From Chlamydiae bacterium CG10_big_fil_rev_8_21_14_0_10_35_9 (GTDB taxonomy: Bacteria; Chlamydiota; Chlamydiia; Chlamydiales; SM23-39), in the NCBI GenBank assembly GCA_002773835.1, contig PFAC01000036.1, forward strand, positions 497 through 64,496: a stretch of DNA of 64,000 nucleotides. The letters run 5' to 3'. Of this stretch, positions 7,930 to 17,333 are shown piece after piece (positions within the stretch are counted from its first letter, which is position 1; every line of letters starts with the position of its first letter). The notes under the pieces are model-generated. The model had not been told where the DNA came from, made no database searches, and was given only the letters and a program-made list of their open reading frames with translations. A program made the position numbers and the translations under genes.

Positions 7930-9249
7930 TTAGCTTAAATCACACTTTTTTGTATTCCAGTCTTCTAAAATACTCATAATAAGCATCTCATATTCTGGAG
8001 CAATATAAAGCCAAGTATTTTCACTTGTCGGAATTTGAAATAATAGCTCTGATGCTTCTGAAGCCTGCTGAATATTTAAATGTCTTCGAGCAACCGGGAA
8101 CGATAATGACTGTTTATTATAAGTCGGTTTTTGCATTTCCCATGTCATTTTGTCTTTAGAAATTTTGTGCTCTTTTCGCAGTGCTTCTAGCTCTTCAATG
8201 CTAATAAAAGAAGGTATTAAAAAAGCTTTAAATCTTTCTTTTCTATAAATAATTCGTTTAGCATCTTCGTGTCCGGGATATTTTTTTTCTAAAGCAGCTT
8301 TTTTCATGCTTGCAATTACTTCTATATCGCTTAGGTTTAAAAACCTATCAAGTGAAGTAAAGTCCTCTTGAGCAAAAGCTTCCTTCATGAATCTTCGAAG
8401 ATGAAAGTTATAAGCTTGCACAGATGAGTATTGGTAGACTCTTCTATGCATAAAATGCCTAGCTAAAAGGAGCGCTTCACAGGACTCTAGACCATTTTCA
8501 TCAATTCCAAGCTCCAGTCCTTCATTTTTTATATCCTCAGAAGGCAGAATTCTAAGCATTTCAATGAGTTGGTGATAGTCAAAGAGGCCGTAAGCAACTC
8601 CTGTACTTTTTGCATCTCGGAGTAAATAATCAATTCTATCAGCGCCAAAGAAATCGCCTGTGATGATGTCAGAAACAAGCTTTTCCCAAGAAGAAAATGG
8701 AGTTTCAAAGTATTCTTTCCATTTTTTTTCTCCAATAGCGATTTTAGTAACATCCTGGATAAAAGCCCTCCCTTCTAACGAATAAATAGGCTTATCCTTA
8801 ATTTTTTCCCAAAGAGACTCTAACTCCTTACTTTGAATAATTTTAGCTGTGATTTCTTCATGTCCTTTTTCTAAAAGGTCCTTTTCAGCTACATGGGAAA
8901 ACGGCAAGTGCCCTAAGTCATGGCATAAAGCTGCCATTCTTAAAACTCTTCTCCAATAAACATATTCTATCGATCCTTTTCTAGGAACTAGATGAAAAAC
9001 ATCAGGTCTAACTGTTTTACATAGCTTATCAAATATTCTGGTAGATAGCTCCATAACTCCTAAAGAGTGCTCAAATCGGGTATGAGTAGCTCCTGGATAG
9101 ACCATAAAAGCTATTCCAAGCTGGTGGATATAATGGAGTCTTTGAAAAAAAAGAGAGTCAATCAACTGTTTTTCAAATTCATCAAAACGGATAAATCCAT
9201 GAATGGAATCATAAATTTTTTTTTCTGAAAATAAAAAATCCTTAACCAT
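7930..9249 (-). CDS. HD-domain phosphohydrolase (dNTP triphosphohydrolase / SAMHD1-like family)
   Basis: 439 aa with HTRFEHSLGV and CHDLGHLPFSH metal-binding HD motifs plus GADRIDYLLRD. Confidence 0.8.
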   Translation of the reverse strand: MVKDFLFSEKKIYDSIHGFIRFDEFEKQLIDSLFFQRLHYIHQLGIAFMVYPGATHTRFEHSLGVMELSTRIFDKLCKTVRPDVFHLVPRKGSIEYVYWRRVLRMAALCHDLGHLPFSHVAEKDLLEKGHEEITAKIIQSKELESLWEKIKDKPIYSLEGRAFIQDVTKIAIGEKKWKEYFETPFSSWEKLVSDIITGDFFGADRIDYLLRDAKSTGVAYGLFDYHQLIEMLRILPSEDIKNEGLELGIDENGLESCEALLLARHFMHRRVYQYSSVQAYNFHLRRFMKEAFAQEDFTSLDRFLNLSDIEVIASMKKAALEKKYPGHEDAKRIIYRKERFKAFLIPSFISIEELEALRKEHKISKDKMTWEMQKPTYNKQSLSFPVARRHLNIQQASEASELLFQIPTSENTWLYIAPEYEMLIMSILEDWNTKKCDLS

Positions 9250-9313
9250 GATATCGCATCTTTTTGCTTCTTATATATTATAACAAATGAAATGAAAAGA
9301 GTTTAGTCCTGAG

Positions 9314-10330
9314 TTAATGCTGGCGCGTATGGCTTTCATATATATAAGAAGGAGCAACTTCTATAAATTCAGCTTTTCTCTGAAGTTCTTTGATATTGCG
9401 AGCACCTCCATATGTCATACCGCTGCGAATTCCTCCTAAAAGGGTCTCAATGACTTCTTTAGCACTTCCAGTAACTGGCGCCCAAAAGTCAATTCCTTCA
9501 GCGACTGTTTTTTCTTTTAGCCCACCATAAAACTCTGTTTGAAAATCTTCACTAGCCTGCCCCCTATACTTGGCTTCAAAACCTGAAGGTATTTTCTCGT
9601 TTTCTCTTTTAGTTGCCGCACTTTCATGTGTTAGGGCAAATAGTTTTCCGATCATGACCGTGCTAGCACCTGCAGCTAAAGCTAAAACGACATCTCTAGA
9701 TGTTCTTATCCCTCCATCTGCTATGAGAGGCACTCTTAATTTACCTGCAATGTGAGCACATTCAGCTATTGCAGTGAATTGCGGAACTCCAAATCCAGTA
9801 ACTATCCTTGTCGTGCAAGCAGCGCCGGGGCCTATACCTACCTTTACTGCATCAGCTCCTGCATTTACAAGGTCATGATAAGCCATGGGAGTACAGACAT
9901 TACCAGCAATTACCTGGATATCAGGATGAGTTTTTTTAATTTCTTCAATATGTTTGAACATTCTATCCGAGTGGCCATGTGCTACATCGATACAAACACC
10001 TTTAGGACCTAGATCTAATAGTTTTCTAAGTTCTTTTAAATCTTGGATACCACAAGAAATATAGGTGTTTTCTTTAAATTCATTGACCCACTTTAGCTGG
10101 TCTTCCTTCGAAGTAAATCGGTGAAAAATTGGAATAGAGCCATAAGATAATAGAATTTCAGCTAAAGGTTCATTAATGACTGTATCCATATTGGATGCGA
10201 GTATAGGTATTTTAATCTTATGATTTTTGGTAAGCCAACTGTCTAGCATAGGCTCTGTTCTCGAAGGAATATTATTAAATTGAGGGATTAAAGCTACGTC
10301 GTCAAATGTATAACCGCGTTTCATGGACAA
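9314..10330 (-). CDS. IMP dehydrogenase/GMP reductase family protein without a CBS subdomain (GMP reductase-like)
   Basis: 338 aa. Catalytic loop [23 protein letters not shown] and ADGGIR blocks. Size and lack of a CBS insert match GuaC-type architecture. Confidence 0.65.
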   Translation of the reverse strand: MSMKRGYTFDDVALIPQFNNIPSRTEPMLDSWLTKNHKIKIPILASNMDTVINEPLAEILLSYGSIPIFHRFTSKEDQLKWVNEFKENTYISCGIQDLKELRKLLDLGPKGVCIDVAHGHSDRMFKHIEEIKKTHPDIQVIAGNVCTPMAYHDLVNAGADAVKVGIGPGAACTTRIVTGFGVPQFTAIAECAHIAGKLRVPLIADGGIRTSRDVVLALAAGASTVMIGKLFALTHESAATKRENEKIPSGFEAKYRGQASEDFQTEFYGGLKEKTVAEGIDFWAPVTGSAKEVIETLLGGIRSGMTYGGARNIKELQRKAEFIEVAPSYIYESHTRQH

Positions 10331-10383
10331 CCTCTTAAAGTATTAATTTTAACTATTACAGGAACTCTTATTTTCTTAAATAA

Positions 10384-11157
10384 TTGAATATAGATATAGT
10401 ATTTAACATGATTTCTATAGTAATGCTTTTCAAAAATAATCAAGAATATATTGCAGATACTCTTGAAAAACTCAAAGCTTTTAATGAAGTAGTCTTAATT
10501 GACACTGGATCGAGCGATGAAACTGCTGCAATTGCCCAAACTTTTAGCAATGTAAAAATTTATAAAAGACAGCTGGAAGGATTTGGGTCGCTGAGAAATG
10601 AAGGAGCAGCTCTTGCCTCCAATGACTGGATATTAGCATTAGACACTGATGAGGTGCTTTCCGATGAGCTGATAGAGGAACTGATGAGAATTCCTTTTAC
10701 CAATAATGCTGTCTATGAAATACCATTTAAAAATTATTACAAAGGTAAATGGATTAAAGCATGTGGTTGGTATCCGGAATCCCATGTGAGATTGTACAAC
10801 AAACGATATACGAGTTTTTCTTCAGATGATGTGCATGAGAAGGTTCTCATAAAAAACTTACAAAAAGTTCCTTTGAATAACTTTATTCGCCATACCTCTT
10901 ATAGAAAAATTCAAGATTTTTTAGTAAAAATGGATCGTTACTCTACACTTTTTGCCAAACAAAATGTAGGTAAGAAAAAATCTTCTTTAGCGAAAGCTAT
11001 TTTTCATGCTCTTTTTTCTTTTTTTAAAAGTTATTTTTTAAAAAAAGGCTTCATAATGGGAAAAGAGGGTTTTATTATTTCTACCTACAATGCCAATACT
11101 GCTTTTTATAAATACTTGAAACTAGCTGAAGCCAATAGAAAAGACAGATGTTGCTAA
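10384..11157 (+). CDS. Family 2 glycosyltransferase (LPS-core type)
   Basis: IVMLFKNNQEYI...VVLIDTGSSDET...LALDTDE (DxD). The track start is TTG at 10384; an ATG at 10409 (MISIVML) is an alternative start. Confidence 0.75.
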   Translation: MNIDIVFNMISIVMLFKNNQEYIADTLEKLKAFNEVVLIDTGSSDETAAIAQTFSNVKIYKRQLEGFGSLRNEGAALASNDWILALDTDEVLSDELIEELMRIPFTNNAVYEIPFKNYYKGKWIKACGWYPESHVRLYNKRYTSFSSDDVHEKVLIKNLQKVPLNNFIRHTSYRKIQDFLVKMDRYSTLFAKQNVGKKKSSLAKAIFHALFSFFKSYFLKKGFIMGKEGFIISTYNANTAFYKYLKLAEANRKDRCC

Positions 11158-11810
11158 CTTTTTTATATCACCAAGTAGGCCTAGGTAAATACACCAACAC
11201 TTTAAGTCTTTTAGACAAGCAATTTAGTTATTTGTCTCAAAACTTTCCTATTGTTGTTCCTGGGGACCTATTGATGCCTTTTTCTACTAGTATCTGTCTT
11301 ACTTTTGATGATGCTACCGAAGATTTTTACCATGAGGTTTTTCCCCTTTTAAAAAAATATCAAATCAAAGCCCTTCTTGCAGTGCCTGTTTCGCTAGTAG
11401 AAACACCTAATTACTGCAGCTGGCAAATGCTGCGGGAAGTCTCTCAAAGCAGACTTGTAAAAATTGCATCTCACTCTATGAGTCATGCTGTTCTTACAAA
11501 TCCTGAAGTCGATTATTGCTTTGAATTAACCGCATCTAAAAAAATCCTGGAAAATCAACTTCAGACAAAAGTTGATACTTTTGTTTATCCTTTTGGCAAG
11601 TTTAGTCAAAGTATTCATAAAGAAGCTAAAAAGCACTATCGCTATATAATGCGGATAGGCTCTTCCTGTAATTTTTCCTGGAATAATTTTCACCATTTAC
11701 ATTATCGAATTCCATCAGACAACTTAAGTCACTATTTAGAAAATTTAACCCTTTTAAAAAAAATAAAATACTTCTTTAATTTCTTAAAAAACACGATAAG
11801 ACTTCGATGA
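11148..11810 (+). CDS. Polysaccharide deacetylase (NodB-homology domain)
   Basis: LTFDDATEDFYHEVFPLLKKY and IASHSMSH motifs. It overlaps the upstream GT2 gene by 10 nt. Confidence 0.75.
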   Translation: MLLTFLYHQVGLGKYTNTLSLLDKQFSYLSQNFPIVVPGDLLMPFSTSICLTFDDATEDFYHEVFPLLKKYQIKALLAVPVSLVETPNYCSWQMLREVSQSRLVKIASHSMSHAVLTNPEVDYCFELTASKKILENQLQTKVDTFVYPFGKFSQSIHKEAKKHYRYIMRIGSSCNFSWNNFHHLHYRIPSDNLSHYLENLTLLKKIKYFFNFLKNTIRLR

Positions 11811-12841
11811 TCAAAATTGATGGATCGCAAAAGTCCGGCAGTGGAACTATTGTACGGTATGCAATAGGCCTTGCGAGTTTATTATCTAAAAATCTCCACC
11901 TAACAAATATTAGAGTTAAAAGAGAAAAAAAGGGATTACGACCGCAGCATCTCAAAGCAATTGAAGCATGTTGTGAGATGACTGGAGGATCTTTAGAAAA
12001 AGCAGAAGTAGGCAGTCTTGAAATTTTTTATCATCCCGGAAAAACTATCAAAGGGGGAAGGTTCAAGTGGGATATAGGGACAGCAGGATCAGCGACCATG
12101 CTAGCTCAAACAGTTTTGCCGCTTGCAGCTTTTGCTGAAAAGTCTTCTCAGATTGAAATCATAGGTGGTCTTTTTCAAGATTTTGCTCCTGCTGCCTTTC
12201 ACTTGGAACATGTTGTTTTCCCCCTTTATCGAAAAATGGGTCTTAACGTCCATTTAGAGATAGTAAGACCAGGATATGTGCCGCAAGGAGAAGGAATAAT
12301 TCAAATGTATGTGGACCCAGTCAATGGTCCATTAACCCCTCTTACATTGCCTATACAGGGAAATATTGAGAAAATAGAAGGTATTTCTTTTTCTTCCCAT
12401 TTAGAAGAGAACAAAGTAAGTGATAGAATGGCTGAAAGCTGCCTATCAGTTTTAAAAGAACAGGGATATAATGCTGATATCACATGTTATTACGATACAA
12501 CAGCTAAGCAAAGAGGAGCAGTCCTTACAGTTTATGCAACAACAGATGCTCATTGCATAATAGGAGCTGACAAAGCAGGAAAATTGGGAAGATCATCGGA
12601 AAATATAGGGAAAACAGTTGCTAAAATGTTACTTAAAGACTTAGCAACTAGTGCTACTGTTGACAGACATACAGCAGATCAGCTTATTTTATATGCAGCT
12701 CTTGCCAAAGGAGAGAGTAAGTACCGTATTCCTTTTGTAACAGATCATGTCTCTACCAATCTATGGCTTGTAAAAAGCATGATCCAAACAAACTATTCTT
12801 TAACAGATAATTTATTAACAATAAAAGGGATAAATTATTAA
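11807..12841 (+). CDS. rtcA: RNA 3'-terminal phosphate cyclase
   Basis: 344 aa. MIKIDGSQKSGSGTIVRYAIGLASL N-terminus, GLRPQHL and HTADQLILYAAL blocks typical of RtcA. ATGA start/stop overlap with the deacetylase gene. Confidence 0.8.
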   Translation: MIKIDGSQKSGSGTIVRYAIGLASLLSKNLHLTNIRVKREKKGLRPQHLKAIEACCEMTGGSLEKAEVGSLEIFYHPGKTIKGGRFKWDIGTAGSATMLAQTVLPLAAFAEKSSQIEIIGGLFQDFAPAAFHLEHVVFPLYRKMGLNVHLEIVRPGYVPQGEGIIQMYVDPVNGPLTPLTLPIQGNIEKIEGISFSSHLEENKVSDRMAESCLSVLKEQGYNADITCYYDTTAKQRGAVLTVYATTDAHCIIGADKAGKLGRSSENIGKTVAKMLLKDLATSATVDRHTADQLILYAALAKGESKYRIPFVTDHVSTNLWLVKSMIQTNYSLTDNLLTIKGINY

Positions 12842-13225
12842 TTAAGCTCGGTATCTAGCTGTTTTCCTAGCTATTTTTTTTGGCTGCTTTACAAATTGCT
12901 TCCCTTTCTTGGTTCCTCGATTTTTAGCTCGGCTAGTCGCAGCCTTTTCTCCTGAAGTTAGCGATTCTCTTGCTTTTTTAGGAAGGTACCTGCTTTTTTT
13001 AGGTTTACCTACATATCCCCAATCTTCTTTTGTCCATTTATTTAAAGAAAAAGAGGTACTTTTCTTGCCTTTATACTTTCCTCCAGCTTCTTTATAGAGT
13101 TTAGCTGCTAGTTGAGCTTTTCTAGCAGACCATTGTCCTGGTTTGCCACCTTTATTAGAAGCTTGCACTTTATTTTTAATTTGCTGCCAAAGCTTTGTGT
13201 CCGTTTTGACGGCGATTTTCCTCAT
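12842..13225 (-). CDS. Lysine-rich basic protein of unknown function (possibly DUF5872-like)
   Basis: 127 aa, very K/R-rich. Conserved-looking core GKPGQWSARKAQLAAKLYKEAGGKY...LNKWTKEDW...RYLP. The family assignment is from memory only. Confidence 0.45.
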   Translation of the reverse strand: MRKIAVKTDTKLWQQIKNKVQASNKGGKPGQWSARKAQLAAKLYKEAGGKYKGKKSTSFSLNKWTKEDWGYVGKPKKSRYLPKKARESLTSGEKAATSRAKNRGTKKGKQFVKQPKKIARKTARYRA

Positions 13226-13242
13226 ACTCCCCTCCCCTTATT

Positions 13243-16005
13243 ATGTTCATTTTAAAGGAAATGCCTTTTAAGAAAAAAAAATTTTATATATCACTTCAAA
13301 AAAAGGCTTTTGTGTGCTTTATGAAGTGGTGGGAATTTCCTTTAGAAGAGATTTATCAAAAGTTGAAAACAGATCCTCAAAAAGGATTAAGAGAAAGCGA
13401 AATAAAAAAAAGGCTAAAAAAGCACGGAGCAAATCTTCTTCCTAAGAAAACCAAAACATCTATCTGGTCAATTTTGTTTCGACAGTTTGCAAGTGTCCTT
13501 ATTGTCCTTCTTTTTGCTGCAGCAATTGTTGCTGCTATTTTAGGAGAGATAATTGATGCTGCGGCAATTTTAAGTATAGTTATCTTAAATGCTATTTTAG
13601 GATTTGTCCAAGAATACAAAGCAGAAAAATCTTTAGAAGCTCTACAAAAATTGACTGTTCCACTGGCTAAAGTACTTAGAGGTGGAGCAATACAAGAGAT
13701 TTCTTCTGAGGAAATCGTTCCAGGAGATATTCTCTTATTAGAACAAGGAGATCATGTTTCTGCAGATGGTAGAGTTTTAGAATCTTCTCGCCTAGCGGTC
13801 AATGAAGCTGCCCTTACAGGAGAGTCTTTACCTTCTCAAAAAAATGCAGCTGTCATTGAGAAAAAAGAAGTTCCGATTGGTGATCGTTCCAATATGGTTT
13901 TCATGGGAACATCTGTCGTTTCTGGAAAAGCTAAAGTACTTATTACCGAAACGGGAAAAAGCGCTGAACTGGGGAAAATAGCCTCATACCTTCAAACCCA
14001 AAAAAAAGAAAAAACTCCCTTACAAAAAAGACTTAAGAAGTTAGGACATTTATTAATTTATATTTGCCTTGGCATTATTGCCGTAATTTTTACAGTTGGG
14101 TTGCTAAGAGGATATGCATTTATTGATATGGTGCTTATCTCTCTTTCTTTAGCCGTAGCTGCAGTTCCAGAAGGGTTGCCTGCTATCGTGACTGTTGCCT
14201 TAGCAATAGGCGTTCGATCTATGGCTAAAAGGCAGGCATTAATTCGACGTCTTTCATCAGTTGAGACTCTTGGTTGTGCGACTGTGATTTGTTCCGATAA
14301 AACAGGGACATTAACACAAAACAAGATGATTGTAAGGAAGATCTGGGCTGGAAATAAAGAATTTGAAGTTACAGGCGAGGGGTATGAGCCTAAAGGTGCG
14401 TTTTTATTAGATGGTAAGGAAATTCACTTAGAAGATCATCCAGAGCTCTTTATGAGCCTAAAAATAGCCACTCTTTGCAACAATGCCTATCTTGAAAAGA
14501 AGAAAAAGAAACACAGCATTATTGGAGACCCCACAGAAGGTGCCCTTCTAGTTGCTGCCGAAAAAGGGAGTTTAATCAAAGAAGATTTAGAAAAAAAACA
14601 CCCTACAGTAGAAGAGCTTCCGTTTGATTCTGAAAGGAAAATGATGAGTATTTTAAGGAAGGCGAATACTGAAGCGGTTTTATTCGTAAAGGGAGCCCCT
14701 GATATTTTAATTGAAAAGTCGAAGGAATTATATCTAGATAAAGAAGTAGAGATCCTATCTTCGCAAAATAGAGAAAATCTATTATCAATCAACGAAGAAT
14801 TGGCCAATCAAGGAATGAGGGTTATTGGTGTTGCCTATAAAAAAAATAGATTTAATTCCCCTATTAGCTATGAAGATGAAACAGACTTAGTGTTTGTTGG
14901 CCTTTTCGCTATGAGAGATCCACCAAGAAAAGAGGTGAAGAAATCTATTGATCTATGTCAATCAGCTGGCATACACACAGTTATGGTTACAGGTGATCAC
15001 AAAGTGACAGCGATGTCCATAGCTAAAGAACTGAATTTAATGGAAGAAGGAAGTGTAGCTATTAGCGGCTCTGAACTTGAGGAAATGGATGACAAAGAGC
15101 TAAATAAAAAAATTAATCAAATTTCTGTTTTTGCTCGGATCAGCGCTGAACATAAGCTTCGTCTTATCAAATCCCTCAAAAAAAATGACCATGTAGTTGC
15201 TATGACAGGAGATGGAGTCAATGACTCTTTAGCTGTGAAAGAAGCAGACATTGGGATCTCTATGGGAATCACCGGCACAGATGTGACAAAAGAAGCATCG
15301 GACATGGTTATTTTAGATGATAACTTTGCTTCTATTCAAAATGCAGTGAAAGAAGGTCGAGGTATTTATGACAATATTCAAAAATTTATCGGTTATCTCT
15401 TATCAGCTAATTTTGCAGAAATCCTCATCATTTTTTTAGCAATGTTGTTATCTTTTAAAGACCTAAGCGGAAATGCTTTTGTGATTTTAGCACCTATTCA
15501 AATTTTGTGGCTTAATTTGATTACAGATGGATTTCCTGCCATGGCTATGGGAGTAGATCCAGTGGATAAAAGAGTTATGGAAAGGCCTCCTAGAAATCCT
15601 AGAGAGTCGATCATTCCCCTTTCTTATTTCATTGAATTGATTATCCTAAGTTCTTTTGCCACTATTGGCACGCTTGTTGCTGCGTATTTTGGTATACAAA
15701 ATAGTCCAGAATTAGCTCAGACTATGGCTTTTACAACTTTAGTTATTTTAGAACTAGTTATAGCTCAAGTTATTCGGTCTTTATATTATGCAAGTCTCTT
15801 TTCTAATTATTGGTTCTTACTGTCCATTATAGGCTCATTTGTTATTCATTTACTAATATTGTATATTCCCCCTTTTCAAACCGTTTTTAAAACAGTGCCT
15901 TTGTATATCTATGATTGGACAATTATCGGTAGTATTACCATTGCAGTGGCTTTGATATCGAGCCTCTTTGTTTATATAATTCATAAAAAAAGGGCTAAGT
16001 CATGA
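13243..16005 (+). CDS. P-type ATPase, type IIA (SERCA/PMCA-like Ca2+ transporter)
   Basis: PEGLPA (TM4), ICSDKTGTLTQNKM phosphorylation site, MVTGDHKVTA and MTGDGVNDSLAVKEADIGISMG. The true start is probably the ATG at 13321 (MKWWEFPLEEIYQKL...), because 13243 lies only 17 nt from the divergent upstream gene. Confidence 0.9.
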   Translation: MFILKEMPFKKKKFYISLQKKAFVCFMKWWEFPLEEIYQKLKTDPQKGLRESEIKKRLKKHGANLLPKKTKTSIWSILFRQFASVLIVLLFAAAIVAAILGEIIDAAAILSIVILNAILGFVQEYKAEKSLEALQKLTVPLAKVLRGGAIQEISSEEIVPGDILLLEQGDHVSADGRVLESSRLAVNEAALTGESLPSQKNAAVIEKKEVPIGDRSNMVFMGTSVVSGKAKVLITETGKSAELGKIASYLQTQKKEKTPLQKRLKKLGHLLIYICLGIIAVIFTVGLLRGYAFIDMVLISLSLAVAAVPEGLPAIVTVALAIGVRSMAKRQALIRRLSSVETLGCATVICSDKTGTLTQNKMIVRKIWAGNKEFEVTGEGYEPKGAFLLDGKEIHLEDHPELFMSLKIATLCNNAYLEKKKKKHSIIGDPTEGALLVAAEKGSLIKEDLEKKHPTVEELPFDSERKMMSILRKANTEAVLFVKGAPDILIEKSKELYLDKEVEILSSQNRENLLSINEELANQGMRVIGVAYKKNRFNSPISYEDETDLVFVGLFAMRDPPRKEVKKSIDLCQSAGIHTVMVTGDHKVTAMSIAKELNLMEEGSVAISGSELEEMDDKELNKKINQISVFARISAEHKLRLIKSLKKNDHVVAMTGDGVNDSLAVKEADIGISMGITGTDVTKEASDMVILDDNFASIQNAVKEGRGIYDNIQKFIGYLLSANFAEILIIFLAMLLSFKDLSGNAFVILAPIQILWLNLITDGFPAMAMGVDPVDKRVMERPPRNPRESIIPLSYFIELIILSSFATIGTLVAAYFGIQNSPELAQTMAFTTLVILELVIAQVIRSLYYASLFSNYWFLLSIIGSFVIHLLILYIPPFQTVFKTVPLYIYDWTIIGSITIAVALISSLFVYIIHKKRAKS

Positions 16006-17300
16006 AAAGAAAATCTCTCTGGCTGGCACTACTTCTTGCTTGCATTCCCTTAATAGAAGGAGTTTTCCAGCTTTTCCCCAGATGGATGATTCGCCAAACA
16101 TCCTTTCAGCTTTTATCTCTAGGCAGTGCAATAGGCGCTGCAGGTTACATACTCTTCAGCCTTTCTATGATTTTTGCCGCAAAAGTTAAAAGAATGGAAA
16201 AAATTATAGGACCACTCGATCAAATTTATCACTACCACCATTATTTAGGGGTCACAGGAGGAGGAGCTATTATTTTACACCCTTTAATACTGGCATTTAA
16301 ACAATATTGGAATGGTCATAGTTTTTGGGGATATTTATTTCCCTTTGAGCACAGAGTGTCGCTGATGCTGGGAAGTATTGCTTACTGGCTTTTTATTTTT
16401 ATTTTACTGGTCACCCTTTTAAGAATTTTTCCTTATGACAAGTGGAAAATTATTCACAAAGGAATGTCAATTTCTTATTTATTAGCTTTCAGTCATTTCT
16501 TATCTGTCAACAGCAGGTTTTCCTATTTTATTGTTACACAAAGTATTTTGTATCTTTTATCTTTTGGGTCAATTTTAGCTATTTTTTATCAACAAATTTA
16601 CTACCCGTTTTTTTTAAAAAGACAAAAGGCTGAAGTTGTTCGAATTGATAAATTAAGTAGTGAAATTATGGAAATTCACCTAAAAGTTGTAGGAAAAGGC
16701 TTTTCCTACAGGCCAGGTCAATTTGCTTTTTTTCGATTTTTTAAAGCTAACCTGACTAAAGAGACCCATCCATTTACCCTTTGTTCGCACCATGAAGAAA
16801 AACATCTTCGCATTCTTGTTAAAGATCTCGGCGACTTCACACACAAGCTGTACAAAAATTTGACAGAAGGAACAAAAGCAGACATAGAAGGGCCTTGGGG
16901 TACTTTTAACTATAAAAAAGGAGGCAAGCAACAAATCTGGATTGCGGGAGGCGTTGGAATTGCCCCTTTTTTATCATGGGCAAGAAGGATGCACATAGAA
17001 AAAGATACAACAAGGAAAGTCGATCTTTATTATTGTTTTCATGATAAGAAAGACCAGGTCTACTTAAAAGAATTTGAGAAAATTCATCAAGGGATCAAAA
17101 ACCTTAAAATCAGGTTTATTTGTACGGCGGAAAAAGGACATTTAACGGCAGAGCAAATTCAAGAAATAAGTGAAGATTTTACTCATAACGAGTTTTTTAT
17201 GTGTGGGCCTAAAAGAATGACTAAGGATTTCCTAAAGCAGTTTAAATCTTTGGGAGTTAGAAGTAAGCACATCCATTATGAAGACTTTGAGTTTTTTTAG
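16002..17300 (+). CDS. NOX/ferric-reductase-like flavocytochrome (6-TM heme domain fused to an FAD/NAD(P)H-binding domain)
   Basis: Two His pairs spaced 13 residues apart in predicted helices (HHYLGVTGGGAIILH; HKGMSISYLLAFSH). FAD motif HPFTL, NAD(P)H motif GGVGIAPF, C-terminal CGPKRM. ATGA overlap with the ATPase gene. Confidence 0.75.
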   Translation: MKRKSLWLALLLACIPLIEGVFQLFPRWMIRQTSFQLLSLGSAIGAAGYILFSLSMIFAAKVKRMEKIIGPLDQIYHYHHYLGVTGGGAIILHPLILAFKQYWNGHSFWGYLFPFEHRVSLMLGSIAYWLFIFILLVTLLRIFPYDKWKIIHKGMSISYLLAFSHFLSVNSRFSYFIVTQSILYLLSFGSILAIFYQQIYYPFFLKRQKAEVVRIDKLSSEIMEIHLKVVGKGFSYRPGQFAFFRFFKANLTKETHPFTLCSHHEEKHLRILVKDLGDFTHKLYKNLTEGTKADIEGPWGTFNYKKGGKQQIWIAGGVGIAPFLSWARRMHIEKDTTRKVDLYYCFHDKKDQVYLKEFEKIHQGIKNLKIRFICTAEKGHLTAEQIQEISEDFTHNEFFMCGPKRMTKDFLKQFKSLGVRSKHIHYEDFEFF

Positions 17301-17333
17301 ATCCATGCTATAGATCCTAAAAAGGGAGCTAAT

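Noticed and set aside
12842-13225. Calling the lysine-rich protein a chlamydial histone Hc1/Hc2 homologue
   Set aside because: Only the composition is similar. The sequence does not align with Hc1 as recalled, so no gene symbol was assigned.
13243-13320. N-terminal 26 codons of the P-type ATPase as given in the ORF track
   Set aside because: The start at 13243 leaves only 17 nt to the divergent gene. The ATG at 13321 begins a typical P-ATPase N-terminus. The longer coordinates are kept in the feature but flagged as probably over-extended.
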